Counted from the first letter of the whole stretch, positions 1 through 13,002 are shown. The stretch: 63,903 nt of DNA, filler included, from Octopus bimaculoides (GCF_001194135.2; 6 parts of 5 records of this genome joined end to end with filler, not necessarily neighbours in it), one strand, 5' to 3'. The notes: generated by a model not told the origin, from the sequence alone. Translations and numbers: made by a program.

Positions 1-34
<34 letters not shown>

Positions 35-149
35 CATATAAATATATATATATATATAGGTGTGTGTGTGTGTGCGCGCTTTTGTATACCTTTATACTAC
101 CTATATGTGCAAACATATGTACGGGCATATCTATATGCCTATCGGCATA

Positions 150-540
150 GGCACAAGAGTGGCTCTATGGTAAGAAGCTTGCGTCCCACCAACATGGTGC
201 CGGATCCGCCCCCACTGCGTAGCAAATTGGGCAAGCATTTTCTACTATAACCACGGGCCGACCAAAGTATTGTGAGTGGATGTGATAGACGGAATCTTTA
301 AGAAACCCGTCGTAGATATATATAGATGTATATATTCGTATGTTTGTGCTTGCCCCCCCCCCAACTATCATTTGACAACGAACGTTGGAGTGTTTACGTC
401 TTCGTAACAAGTGGTTCATTAAAGGACAGCGATTGAATAAATACTTGGGTCACAAAGGGTGAGTGCTGGGTTCGATTTGTTCGACTAAATGCGTATTCCA
501 GCATGGACACAGTCCAATGAATGAAGCAAGGAAAAGAAAA
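150..540 (+). mobile_element. tRNA-derived SINE, family A, full-length diverged copy
   Basis: tRNA-like head (gtggctctatggtaag...), body ttgggcaagc...ggccgaccaaag...gacggaa, internal AT microsatellite and 3' half ending ccagcatgg...gcaaggaaaag. The same blocks recur more than 10 times in the window. Confidence 0.8.
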
Positions 541-553
541 TGAACATCTATGT

Positions 554-588
<35 letters not shown>

Positions 589-1964
589 NNNNNNNNNNNN
601 NNNNNNNNNNNNNNNNNNNNNNNNNNNNNNNNNNNNNNNNNNNNNNNNNNNNNNNNNNNNNNNNNNNNNNNNNNNNNNNNNNNNNNNNNNNNNNNNNNNN
701 NNNNNNNNNNNNNNNNNNNNNNNNNNNNNNNNNNNNNNNNNNNNNNNNNNNNNNNNNNNNNNNNNNNNNNNNNNNNNNNNNNNNNNNNNNNNNNNNNNNN
801 NNNNNNNNNNNNNNNNNNNNNNNNNNNNNNNNNNNNNNNNNNNNNNNNNNNNNNNNNNNNNNNNNNNNNNNNNNNNNNNNNNNNNNNNNNNNNNNNNNNN
901 NNNNNNNNNNNNNNNNNNNNNNNNNNNNNNNNNNNNNNNNNNNNNNNNNNNNNNNNNNNNNNNNNNNNNNNNNNNNNNNNNNNNNNNNNNNNNNNNNNNN
1001 NNNNNNNNNNNNNNNNNNNNNNNNNNNNNNNNNNNNNNNNNNNNNNNNNNNNNNNNNATATATATATATATATATATATATACATATTTTTACATATATA
1101 TACATATACAAACTATGCTAGAAAGATTTATTATTCACTATATAAACAAAATATCGGACTAATGTCTCAGCTGTATATGTTTGTGCGCGTGTGCGTACGC
1201 ACGCGTTTGGGTGTGTTTGCATGCATGCATGTTATGTATGTATTTATAATTATTTCTATGCTTGACTGGAGAGGGAAAATGTGTGAGTGAGGGAGAGAAA
1301 CACTCACAGGCATTCCAGAATTGATTTTCATACATATTATGCTGGAACATTTATTTTTGAAAATTTATCAGCAATATCTTTCCGATATTTAATTAACTAT
1401 TTATGTCTGAAGTACAGTTTAAGATAAGATATAAATATTTTTATTTTCTCTACACAAATTGCCCTGAAAGTAGAAATTGATACACGTAAAGTAAATATTA
1501 ATGTGTGACGTTCATGGTTTCGTATCCAAGAGTTTTCGACGCTCTATTTACAAAATCGTTAGAGGTTTGGTTAATATCGTTTCCCTGATTTGTTTCCGTT
1601 ATTTTCTTTCTGTGTTCGAATCTTGCTAAGACCATGTTTGTCGTTTCCCTTGTCACAGCCGTTGGCATATATTACGAATCAAGTATTGGCATTCATTTAA
1701 TCGATTATTCAATTTATTTAACATCACGGACGTGGTTTTTGTTAGGAATATAATCATATAGGCGCAGCTGTGTTTCTGTGGTAAACAATGTGCTTTCTAA
1801 CGACACAGTTTCGGGTTCAGTTTCAGTGCGTACCACACTGGCAGAGTGCACTGGGCCGACCACAACCTTATGTGTAGATTAGTTAGAGAGAATGAGAAAA
1901 ATGCCCATCGAATATATATATGTGTGTGTTTGTACGCTTACCTGTGGGTTTGAATCTTTGTATT

Positions 1965-2023
<59 letters not shown>

Positions 2024-2353
2024 ATGTGTGTGTGTGTGTATGTATGTGTGTGTGTATGTGTGTCTGTGTGTCTGCGTGTGTGTTATTCAACTTTAAACAA
2101 TAGGGGTGAAAAATTGAATAATAATTTGATTAATATCAATTTAAAATCAGTGGCCTAGCAAATTGAAAAATCTCGAAATTCAGAAAAATATTACATATAT
2201 ATATAGGAGGGTTGACCACTAAGTGGACATCCATTTTGCTAGAAGAAGACCACCTATGGTCTGACCACTAAGAAAAGCTTCTTCTCAAGAAAATTCAGCA
2301 AACACCAGAACGTAAGGGAGCAAAAAAATGAAAAGATACAAAATATATAGATT

Positions 2354-2411
2354 AATCACAGACTGGTTTCGTAATTGCTTACGTAATTCTCTGCAACTCT
2401 TCAGTATGATC
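2354..2411 (-). ncRNA. Degenerate type I hammerhead motif, left arm of inverted repeat
   Basis: gatcata-CTGAAGA-gttgc...ttac-GAAAC-ca-GTC-tgtgatt. Stem I has 7 bp (two G.U). Stem II is damaged by a ~15-nt deletion relative to the right arm. Confidence 0.55.
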
Positions 2412-2689
2412 GTCGTGGCTATATGATATGCAAAACTATACATGACACGTCCGCATGAGATTTAACATGTATATAGTCCTACTAATTACATTTAAGGTTC
2501 TATTTCAAAAGTCTTCGTTCTAGCGTGCCAAATACCGGAAATAATTCTGCAGCAAATAATTCTCTGCAGTGAATTTTGCGAGTTAGAGAACATGGTTATT
2601 TAACTTTAAATAATAGTAGAACTGTATACTTGTTCAAACTCATGCGGATGTCTTGTGTGTATAGTTCTGCAAATTATATTGCCAAGACG

Positions 2690-2760
2690 AATATACTGAA
2701 GATTTGCGGTCAATTACGTAAGTAACTACGTAAGTGATAACAACGAAACCTGTCTGTGAT
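2690..2760 (+). ncRNA. Degenerate type I hammerhead motif, right arm of inverted repeat
   Basis: CTGAAGA (2696-2702), then tttg...caac, GAAAC (2745-2749), ct, GTC (2752-2754), tgtgat. The stem II closing pair is mismatched, but an internal ttacgta/tacgtaa hairpin extends stem II. Confidence 0.55.
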
Positions 2761-2910
2761 TAATCTTTATATTAAGTATATTTCCATTTGTCTTGCTTGC
2801 TTACGTTCTGGTGTTTGCTGAATTTTCTTGAGAACAATATCTTCTTAGTGGTCAGAGCATAAGTGTTCTTCTTCTAGCAAAATGGATGCCCACTTAGTGG
2901 CCAAGCCTCT

Positions 2911-2943
<33 letters not shown>

Positions 2944-4896
2944 GGATGTAAGCATGCATGTGCGATTATATGTATATATATATATACGTATGTATATGTG
3001 TGTTTCAGATTGTGTGTGTGCGTGTGTGTGTGAGTGAGATTTTATCATTGTGTTGTGCTTTACCACTGCTTCACAATAGGTGTTGGTTTGTTTATCTCCC
3101 TGTAACTAAGCGCTACAATAAAAGAGGCAGTCTTGAAGAAATTAGTGCAGGATTCACCTCCTTCGGGTAAAACCATTCACAGCTGCACCATGACAGACTT
3201 TCAACCGAAGAAGATATAATTAGATTGTTAAGAACAATATCTGAGGAATAAATTTAGATTCTTCGGAGGATACTTCGTTGTCGCTTGCGCGTGATATACT
3301 GCTAGTCTTTAGTTTCACAAGTGAAAATATTAGCTGCAAATATTCTCGGAGTACGCTTGAAAGATTGCATCTTTATACAATGTCCAAACTTACCGATAAT
3401 TCTCGACTCCTTAACTACGTGGACGCTCATTTGGAAGATACATATGCATGTGAGAAACCCAAACGATTACAGAAGAATTAAATATTTTCAATTACTTATT
3501 CGACCTAATACTTCGTACACTCATTCCCAGAAATTATGTTATGGCAATCTAAAGGATTGAAACTTGCGTTCATCTACAAATTATATTTCACAAGAGGTTT
3601 TTTCTCCCCATATTCAAAGCGTAACCTGAAACGAAATATCTCGTTCAGCATTTACCGGTCATTCGTGCCATGCATATATACATTCCCTATTATCCTTGGA
3701 GTGAAGTAGATTAGTTTACTTCATTTGCATAGCAACACACGTGATGTGACTTGAAATGAGAGCCAACATTCTGTTATGACGCCGGAAACTACGTTTGTCG
3801 AAATGTTTGAAGCAACATTTACTGCATTTTTGCTTCGAATTGACTGAAATGAAACATTCGAAATCTTTGAAGGCACTTATTTCTAAGGAGCATATTGTAA
3901 ACAGTGTAATTTATTTTAAATACTTTACGTTTTATCCTAATCACTTTGCCTATTTTAGTACCTTAAATAATAAACCATTCAATCGGGTTAACTCTCGCCT
4001 CACAGCCTATAGAGCATCTTTATTCTACTCTACTATTGCCTTGAAATTTAATTTGGTTGACAAACTGTTTCGAAGACCTTCGTGTATATGTGTGTGTGTA
4101 AGGGCACTTGAATTTGCATCGGAATCTACCATATCATGACAGCTTGTGTTGATTAACTATGCTGATTATTTATGTCCATATAACCTGTCATTTTAGTAAA
4201 AGAAAAAATATATCTGTATAATCAGTACGACTCTTAAGAATAAGAACCGGATCGATCTCTTCCATTTACACATATAAAGCTTTGCCCCGGCATAACTGCA
4301 ATAAATTGACGGAAACAAGTTGAAGATATACTGCAGAGAGATATTGCCTAATTGCAAAAATTCTTTCTAAATTCATTTTTTGATATGCATAGAAATTAAT
4401 CATATATTTGCGTTCTCTTTTACATATTTTGTAATTTTTAATTAAAACAACTCCATGAATGAATAATTTAAAAATAAGTATGTTTCTTTTTTCTTTGCTT
4501 GTCATTTCAACTTACGAATCGGGAGTTTTATTTTAGCTATATTATAATGTAGAGTTTATCAAAATATCATATGAAGTATATAGTAATTAATATTTCAAAG
4601 AATATGATTGAAGATACCTAGTATAGAATTTAGACATTAGTGAGAAATGGAAATAATCTTAAAAAATACTTTTTCCTTGTTCATTTTTACATTTTGAAAT
4701 TTTAATTTAAATTTTGAACCACAAAACATAGATATACATATCGATATTCCTCATGTTAATATCAGCAATATGTGTGTGTGTGTGTGTGTGTGAGTGTGTG
4801 TGTTCTTTTGTCTGTGTGTGTGCGTTTGTGTGCATGTGTGTGTGCATGTGTGTGTGTCTGTGTGTGAGCGTGCGCATGTGCATGTATGTGTATGTG

Positions 4897-4941
<45 letters not shown>

Positions 4942-6349
4942 NNNNNNNNNNNNNNNNNNNNNNNNNNNNNNNNNNNNNNNNNNNNNNNNNNNNNNNNNNN
5001 NNNNNNNNNNNNNNNNNNNNNNNNNNNNNNNNNNNNNNNNNNNNNNNNNNNNNNNNNNNNNNNNNNNNNNNNNNNNNNNNNNNNNNNNNNNNNNNNNNNN
5101 NNNNNNNNNNNNNNNNNNNNNNNNNNNNNNNNNNNNNNNNNNNNNNNNNNNNNNNNNNNNNNNNNNNNNNNNNNNNNNNNNNNNNNNNNNNNNNNNNNNN
5201 NNNNNNNNNNNNNNNNNNNNNNNNNNNNNNNNNNNNNNNNNNNNNNNNNNNNNNNNNNNNNNNNNNNNNNNNNNNNNNNNNNNNNNNNNNNNNNNNNNNN
5301 NNNNNNNNNNNNNNNNNNNNNNNNNNNNNNNNNNNNNNNNNNNNNNNNNNNNNNNNNNNNNNNNNNNNNNNNNNATATATATAGATAGATAGATAGATAG
5401 ATAGATATATATAAACGTATACACAAATGTACACTGATATATATCATCTGTCCTGTCATCTCGCTCTACATTTCATCTGGAGTATTTCGATATAATCATT
5501 TGAAACTGATTTCGTGAAATATATTTTTCTGTTACAGGGAAAATTATACAAAACCTGGAAACATAGAGCAGAAGTTAAAATATATTTGTTCCGAACATTT
5601 GATGCTCAATACATGTCCATTCATCGTGGGCCTTACTAATGGTAGACATACATTGGGGACACAGAAGAGTGTTAGAAGCGCTAGTTAGCTGAATCAGTTT
5701 CAAGATACAATTTCAGGCTAGGAATTCAGTCCTTATATTTGTAACGGAAGTGAGGGAGATGAAGTGGCTTGTATAAGAAAAAACAAAATCCGATTTACAT
5801 GATGTTGAGCTTCGACAAATACCTACTTTGAGCTGAAAGGAAACGAAAATATATTCACATCTCCAATGTTTATTTCTTTATTGGCCTAAAATATAGAGGG
5901 GACAAACAAAGGCAGACAAAGGGTTTAAGTCGATTACGTCGACTCCAGTACGTAACTGGTACTTATTTAATCGAACCCGAAAGGATGAAAGGCAAATCGA
6001 TATTTCACATTATCCTAAAGGCAAATCAATATTTCACATTATCCGAAAGAACATCTTTAAAAGTACAAGTTAAATCTATTTAGGGCTGGAACTATCGTAT
6101 TATTTCAGGTTTAGGAAGGCCAATATTTGATAGGGTTGAATTATTTATTTAATTGTCTTACAAATATAAGAAGACAAGCATTTCAAAATAACATCTGTGA
6201 AGTATAGGTTTCTCAGCTTTTGTATGCGAAGAAGTTTATTCAAGAATATTACAATACAAAAAATGTTCAGTCCAAAACAAAAGCAAACTATTCCAAATTA
6301 TATATTTTAAAAAAATAGACATGGCAGTATTGCTTCCTGTGTCAGGAAA

Positions 6350-7300
6350 ATTTGTCTTTGCGCATATATCCCAGTATGTATCTTCCAGATTATGTTTAGG
6401 CATGCTACGGGGCAGTAGCTTCCCACAATGTTCCCCTATCTTCTATCTTTCATTACAAGTGTTGTCCTCCCAGTCCCCATTCACGCGGGGACTGTAACTT
6501 TCTGGTACGCTCATTCAATTGGGATGCTAGTCTTTCATGCACGGCTAGTCGCCTCTTCAGCCAGAAGCCATGAATGCTATCTGGTCCGGGGGCTTTCCAG
6601 AAAGGCACTTTACCCACTTCACCCGTGCTTATGACGATCTTCCTTTATTCCTTTCCTCCTTGTAATTCCGTCTTGATAGTTCCCCTCCACATTGCATACC
6701 TTTTATGCACAACATTGTTTCCCCACAATCCACTCCAGAACTTCTTGGCTGAATTTGCATCAGAAGCAACATGTTTTCCATTGTTTCGTTCTAACGTTCG
6801 GAAGAATTGCTACAGGTTATTTTTGAAAAAATTCTTCTCCTTGAATTGCTTCTTTCTGTTCAAAAATCTTCTAATCTTCTGGCTTTTTGCCATTATCCTC
6901 TGCCTTAACTGCTCCGTTACTGCATGAAATTCGTTTTTCCGTATTTTATATTTCTCCTCTAATTTTTCTCGGTTGGTATTTTTCCCATTTTTCCAGTTTC
7001 CTCTTAACCATTGCTCAATTTTTCCTAGATTTAGCCTTGCCTGCATTATGTCCTTTTCAAAGCGCCGTTTTCACCATGCTTCTTCGTTTGCACCATTTAT
7101 TTTTTGTTCTCTTAAATTGTAATTTCTCCTTGACAAGTAGCGCAATAGCTTAGAGAAAATTCCTTGTTTGTGCTATGTCCTCCGTCTGGATCACATACCT
7201 ATCTACTCTTCTGATATTCATAGGGATTTTTTTTCTTCTGGAGCATTCATCAAATCGGTGAGTCGTCTTTGAATTTCAAGCATTTCATTATCTAGATGGT
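6350..7300 (-). mobile_element. Decayed R4/Dong-like non-LTR retrotransposon fragment (pre-RT region and RT start)
   Basis: The minus strand encodes ...TEQLRQRIMAKSQKIRRF...KQFKEKNFF and, after frameshifts and stops, WKAPGPD (~6580-6600). This order is typical of RLE-clade LINE ORFs. Confidence 0.7.
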
Positions 7301-7670
7301 TCATTTGCCCTGCATGTCCTCCCACCACAGTATCAGGGTTCACTGTATAACGTTCCTATTCTTCATCCTTAATAGCCCCATCACCATTCCCCTTTCCTTC
7401 CTGTCTACTCTTCTCCCTGCTTTCAACTGCTATGTCTCTGTTTTCATCACCGACCATCCTTTGTAGCCCATCTGCAGGGTCTCTAAGACTCTCAGTAATC
7501 CGAGATATTTCTAATCCAGCTAAGTAACCCTTCTCCTAATCCCTCACTTGTTTACTATTATTAACATTAGTATTAGTAGTAGTAGTGGTAGCAATAGCAG
7601 CAGCAGCATCAGCATCATCATCATCATCAGCGGCAGCAGCAGTAGTAGCAGTAGCAACAGCAACAGCAGC

Positions 7671-7720
<50 letters not shown>

Positions 7721-9152
7721 CAATTTTTCTTCTGCCTTCGATTTTGTTTCCTCATCTCGCCGAGCGGCTTCCTAAGACTTTGACGAAGAAACTGTTTACA
7801 TTGCTAGGCCACTAAAATAGATACACTAGATTGTTTATTTTTTTAAATTTACGTAAAAAACAAACAACATTCTACTATGAATTATTCACATGCTTTTCTT
7901 CCTTTGAATTAATTTTAACAATTGCAGCCATTCAAAATAACAGACAAAAGCCGTCAGATTCACTTCAACATTTAAATTTAATTTGTCAAAATATTTTCGT
8001 CGCTTTGAGACTGCGACATGTTCACTGAAAAAATTATGTCCTCCATCAAATTGAATTTAAATGTTGAAATGAATCTGACGGCTTTTGTGTGTTATTTTAA
8101 ACGGCTTATAAACACCTTCCACGCTGCAATTGTTTTCGTTCCAGCACACGATCTCAGATCAGGTCACTTGCTATGCAAGTACATCTCCGTAATCAATATT
8201 AGCATTTCTGAAAATGTTGTGAGCATTCATGTGCTCTCTGATTTCAATTTGTATTGTACCATTTTCTTTTGAAACCTACTATTGTAATAGCGCTACAAAT
8301 AATTATCGTTTAATGCCTAACACTAAGGGGGTAACTTCTGAAAACATAATTATTGTAAAAAATTAAGAAAAAAAAAACAAAGATACATATGGCAGCGATA
8401 TTGCTGAGCAGAAAATTACTAACTGAAGGAAGGGTAGGTGGTACTGAGCAACACAGAAAGCAACTCACTGCCGTGAGTGAAAACGGAATGATGAACAGTA
8501 GCTGGCATAGCTATCTGCGCATACTACTTTAGCACGTCTACAATTAGCATCATTTAAAACATTAATTACATTAATTACACATTTCCCTTTACTAACAAAT
8601 TTATACCCTTGCAAACAATAATTCGTCCAATGTTTTATAGGACATACGCGCGTTTCAGCTAAATGCTGAACTAATTACATAGTAGCTGACAAACACTCTG
8701 CAATCGTGGACTTCAGCTCACCGGTGTCCCCCAGAAAATACAATCGCCAAAACTATAGCATGTCACACAAAAGAGAAAAGAAAAGACAGACTATCGTATC
8801 AAAGATGTAGGAGATCCCAAAAAGTGAGCCCACACAGGGAAAGAAGGTGAGAGGGAAAGAAAGAACTTATCTAAGGATGAGAAATGTAAAAGGCTAAGAA
8901 AACCTACTAAACTGATAGCAAATGTTCAGATCGGAATATATATCAGCTAGAGACTTCTGTGACACCCATTAATAATAAGGTAGAAATAAATAGCTAGTGC
9001 ATAAAAGGCATAGAATACATATATACGGAGATTCATAGGCAAGCACTTACACGTATGCACATTATACGCACACAATAATATACGGGGACATAATCATATG
9101 CATACACAATAGATATACTCACATACACAATACACAAACACATGTTATTGCT

Positions 9153-9534
9153 GGCACGCCGTCGGTTACAAATACGCGGGTTCCAGTTGATCCGATCAAC
9201 GGAAGAGCCTGTTAGTGAAATTAACGTGCAAGTGGCTGGGCACTCCACAGACACGTGTACATTTAACTTAGTTCTCGGGGGAGATTCAAGGTGACACAGA
9301 GTGAGACAAGGCTGGCCCTTTGAAATACAGGTACAACTGAAACAGGAAGAGAGTGAGAGAAAGTTGTGATGAAAGAGTACAGCAGGGTTCGCCACACAAC
9401 CCCCTGCCGGAGCTAAGATAGAGCTTTAGGTGTTTTCGCTCAATAAACACCCACAACGCCCAGTCTGGGAATCGAAACCACGATCCTACGACCGTGAGTC
9501 CACTGCCCTAACCACTGGGCCGCTGCACCTCCAC
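9153..9534 (-). mobile_element. tRNA-derived SINE with family C tail and a different head
   Basis: Head gtggaggtgcagcggcccagtggttagggc...ggtttcgattccc. The tail (gtacctgtatttcaaagggccagcc...gatcaactggaaccc...gtaaccgacgg) is shared with 21811-22112. Confidence 0.8.
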
Positions 9535-10230
9535 ACAGACACATATGCACAAGCACTCACATACACACGCACGCACACTCAAACACATGCACACACACTC
9601 AAGCACACGCACACACAGACACGTATGTATACGTGTGCACAAACACGGACGGACACTCAAATGTACATATATGTAATTTCGTACCTCTCTGAAGAAAAAG
9701 GCCGGATTAACCGAATGTATATATTCTTCCACATTTGGTCGAATATTCTTGACTTTTTGCGAACATCTATATCTACGAGTATTATCAAGTAAATCCGAAA
9801 TTCCAGATCAACTGTCGGTCTGGTAAAAACCATACCACCTCCTCTTAATTTTCTTTGTTTTTGTACTCTGCGTAAGCTCGCCCGTTTAATATATAAATAT
9901 CTACATATTTATGCATGCATGTTTATCGTCTGAATATTTTCAATCTTTGGATGCTCACCATTTTCATATGCTCTTTTACACTTTTATTTGTTCTCGACTG
10001 CAGCCATGCAGAGGCACTTCCTTGAAGAATTTATAGTCGAATATACGGCTTGGCTTAAGCCTGGTACTTATTCTATCGATCTCTTTTACCGAACCGCTAT
10101 TTTACAGGGCATAAACACAACACCGGATGTCAAGTGGTGGAATGGAGAGCAAACGCAGACACGTATAAATTGTTACACACACAACACAACAAACACACAC
10201 ACACACACCCACACACACACACACACACAC

Positions 10231-10330
10231 NNNNNNNNNNNNNNNNNNNNNNNNNNNNNNNNNNNNNNNNNNNNTTAATTAATTAANNNNNNNNNNNNNN
10301 NNNNNNNNNNNNNNNNNNNNNNNNNNNNNN
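10231..10330. other. Artificial scaffold-join spacer
   Basis: 44 N, TTAATTAATTAA, 44 N: exactly 100 bp, with stop codons in all six frames. Confidence 0.95.
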
Positions 10331-10420
10331 CCCCCACACCTTCACAGTTTTCATGTTCTTCCCGTTGAAAGACCATAGAGAATTGTCTTCTGTTAACATT
10401 AACTTTAAGGAATCCGCTAT

Positions 10421-10875
10421 TTAACCCTTGAGTATTCTGGTAATTTTGGCAAATGCAATGCCTTATTATATTTTTATTCACATTGCTTTGAATTAATCAG
10501 TTGTTGTCTTATAGCGTCAAAATTTTTATGTAGTTGTTTATTTTTAGAACCACATTGTGGGATAGGTGTGAGAGGTCAGATCTGGCCAGTTTGACCATAA
10601 AGCGGGCAGAATATTGTGGCCAGATATGGCCAGCTTAAAATGCTAAAGGGTTAACTCTTTACCATTTAAACAGGTCATATATGGCCAAAGTATTTGACCT
10701 GTTATACGTACAAACTGTCCAGATCTGACCTCTCACACCTACCCTACAATGTCATTATGAAAATAAGCAGTCACATCATCATTTCAAAGCTATGAGATAA
10801 TGCATGGTTAATTCAAAACAATGTGGATAAGCAAGCATTACATTTGACAGAATAATCCGAACGCTAAAGGGTTAA
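10421..10875. mobile_element. Two inverted copies of a ~225-bp TTAA-flanked (piggyBac-type) MITE sharing a central TTAA
   Basis: TTAA-ccct at 10421, aatgctaaaggg-TTAA-ctcttt at 10639-10660, and gctaaaggg-TTAA ending at 10875. The arms share e.g. aactg(g/t)ccagatctgacctctcacaccta. Confidence 0.8.
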
Positions 10876-11137
10876 GATAATAAGATCAGTGCCAACTTTT
10901 CCAGATTCTTGGGATGCTAGGAATATTAAAAATAGATCCAGTTGAATTTCTCCGACAGCTGGTAGAAGGTGTTCTGTGTTAGTCTCCTGTTCCGACCTCA
11001 GCGGTGATTTATCTCTCGTCTGGTTTAACACCTCAGGAACTGGAGATAAGATAAACAGTGACCAATTAGTTCTTTGGAGGTTTCTATAAAACACTCCGTC
11101 TAAAGTGGTGGCAGCACCATATGCATACCTGTGTGTA

Positions 11138-11184
<47 letters not shown>

Positions 11185-12473
11185 GTGTTAAATAAGAGAA
11201 CTGCTGTTGTTGCTAAGAGGATAATTGTTCTTATCTAAAACACTGCATGTTATTTCATTTCGTCTCTGATCTAATCAGCAGTGTTATCTTATTGCGTGTT
11301 GGAAATTTAAACGTTTCAGCTTTTTCTTATCAGCGCAGATTTCTATAACGGTAAAGGAATTCTCTGTTAGAAATCAGTAAAACTAGTAGAAACTACGGCA
11401 GCAGCAGTAACAGCTGCCATAGTTACAATAGTCTGTAGTCAGAGGTTTAGGTTTTGGTGGTGTTTTGTCTGTTTTTCCCCCCTCGATCTGTCATTTAACT
11501 CCTTTGTTTCCATATTTCTGATGAACTGCTTTGCCTTTCATCATCATCAGCCACTTTTCCATATTTGCATGGGATGGGAGTTTCCTGAGGCAGATTTTCT
11601 ACTGCCAGATATCCTTATATATATATTTATCTATATACGTAGTTATATGTTTTGCCTAAGCATTGTCAGACTAACAACTTGGTGTAGAACTCAATATACG
11701 TAGGTTTCAGGACAAAGTGGCCCTCCCTCTCACTCTCCTTACCGCTCCCCTGTCTCTCCCCACCCCCTCACCCCACTCCCTCACCCCACTCCCCACCCTG
11801 TTNNNNNNNNNNNNNNNNNNNNNNNNNNNNNNNNNNNNNNNNNNNNNNNNNNNNNNNNNNNNNNNNNNNNNNNNNNNNNNNNNNNNNNNNNNNNNNNNNN
11901 NNNNNNNNNNNNNNNNNNNNNNNNNNNNNNNNNNNNNNNNNNNNNNNNNNNNNNNNNNNNNNNNNNNNNNNNNNNNNNNNNNNNNNNNNNNNNNNNNNNN
12001 NNNNNNNNNNNNNNNNNNNNNNNNNNNNNNNNNNNNNNNNNNNNNNNNNNNNNNNNNNNNNNNNNNNNNNNNNNNNNNNNNNNNNNNNNNNNNNNNNNNN
12101 NNNNNNNNNNNNNNNNNNNNNNNNNNNNNNNNNNNNNNNNNNNNNNNNNNNNNNNNNNNNNNNNNNNNNNNNNNNNNNNNNNNNNNNNNNNNNNNNNNNN
12201 NNNNNNNNNNNNNNNNNNNNNNNNNNNNNNNNNNNNNNNNNNNNNNNNNNNNNNNNNNNNNNNNNNNNNNNNNNNNNNNNNNNNNNNNNNNNNNNNNNNN
12301 NNNNNNNNNNNNNNNNNNNNNNNNNNNNNNNNNNNNNNNNNNNNNNNNNNNNNNNNNNNNNNNNNNNNNNNNNNNNNNNNNNNNNNNNNNNNNNNNNNNN
12401 NNNNNNNNNNNNNNNNNNNNNNNNNNNNNNNNNNNNNNNNNNNNNNNNNNNNNNNCAAACACACATACATATA

Positions 12474-12638
12474 TACGACGGGCTTCTTTCAGTTTCCGTC
12501 TACCAAATCCACTCACAAGGCTTTGGTCGGCCCGAAGCTGTAGTAGAAGACACTTGCCCAAGGTGCCACACAGTAGGACTGAACCCGGAGCCATGTGGTT
12601 GGTAAGCAAGCTACTTACCACACAGCCACTCCTGCGCC
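12474..12638 (-). mobile_element. SINE family A, 5' half, well preserved
   Basis: Reverse complement reads ggcgcaggagtggctgtgtggtaagtagcttgcttaccaaccacatggctccgggttcagtcc...ttgggcaagtgtcttctactac..., with A-box-like and B-box-like motifs. Confidence 0.85.
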
Positions 12639-12839
12639 TGTATATATATATATTTTTCTTTTTCCTTTTGATATATTTCTATCTGTCTCTCTCTCTCTCC
12701 TCCACCCAACCAGCGTTTTCTCTGCGTGGCGCTAAAAGGTAACTAAATGAAGCTGATGAGTAGGATCTGCACTCTGGGCCTTTTAGAAGTCTCACCAGCA
12801 AAGGCTACACCCAAACAGACCCAAAAGTTGGAGGGTTGT

Positions 12840-13002
12840 CACCTGAGTGGTGCTAAGGTGTGTCGTCTGCCAGGAATGGTAAGGAATCACCTGAGTGGTG
12901 CTAAGGTGTNNNNNNNNNNCTAAGGTGTGTCGTCTGCCAGGAATGGTAAGGAATCACCTGAGTGGTGCTAAGGTGTGTCGTCTGCCAGGAGTGGTAAGGA
13001 AT
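12840..13002. repeat. 48-bp minisatellite (at least 3 copies, collapsed over a 10-N gap)
   Basis: Unit cacctgagtggtgctaaggtgtgtcgtctgccaggaatggtaaggaat at 12840-12887 and 12955-13002, with partial units around the gap. Confidence 0.9.

Larger units (their letters stand above)
2206..2910. mobile_element. 705-bp inverted repeat in (TA)n: two divergent copies of a hammerhead-bearing repeat (Penelope-like pLTR or foldback)
   Basis: Arms of ~300 bp pair, e.g. ccactaagtggacatccattttgctagaagaag versus the reverse complement of 2866-2902, and ttctcaagaaaattcagcaaacaccagaacgtaag is shared exactly. Flanked by TA repeats, and each arm carries a hammerhead core. Confidence 0.75.

Noticed and set aside
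10275-10286. TTAATTAATTAA as a biological homeodomain or PacI-type motif
   Set aside because: It is always centred in exactly 44+44 Ns, so it is an assembly linker.
12753-12800. CTGATGA heptamers at 12753, ~11518 and ~28733 as further hammerheads
   Set aside because: There is no downstream stem II plus GAAAC and no stem I complementarity.
12840-13002. 48-bp repeats as a CRISPR array
   Set aside because: The units are contiguous with no unique spacers, the context is eukaryotic, and there are no cas genes.
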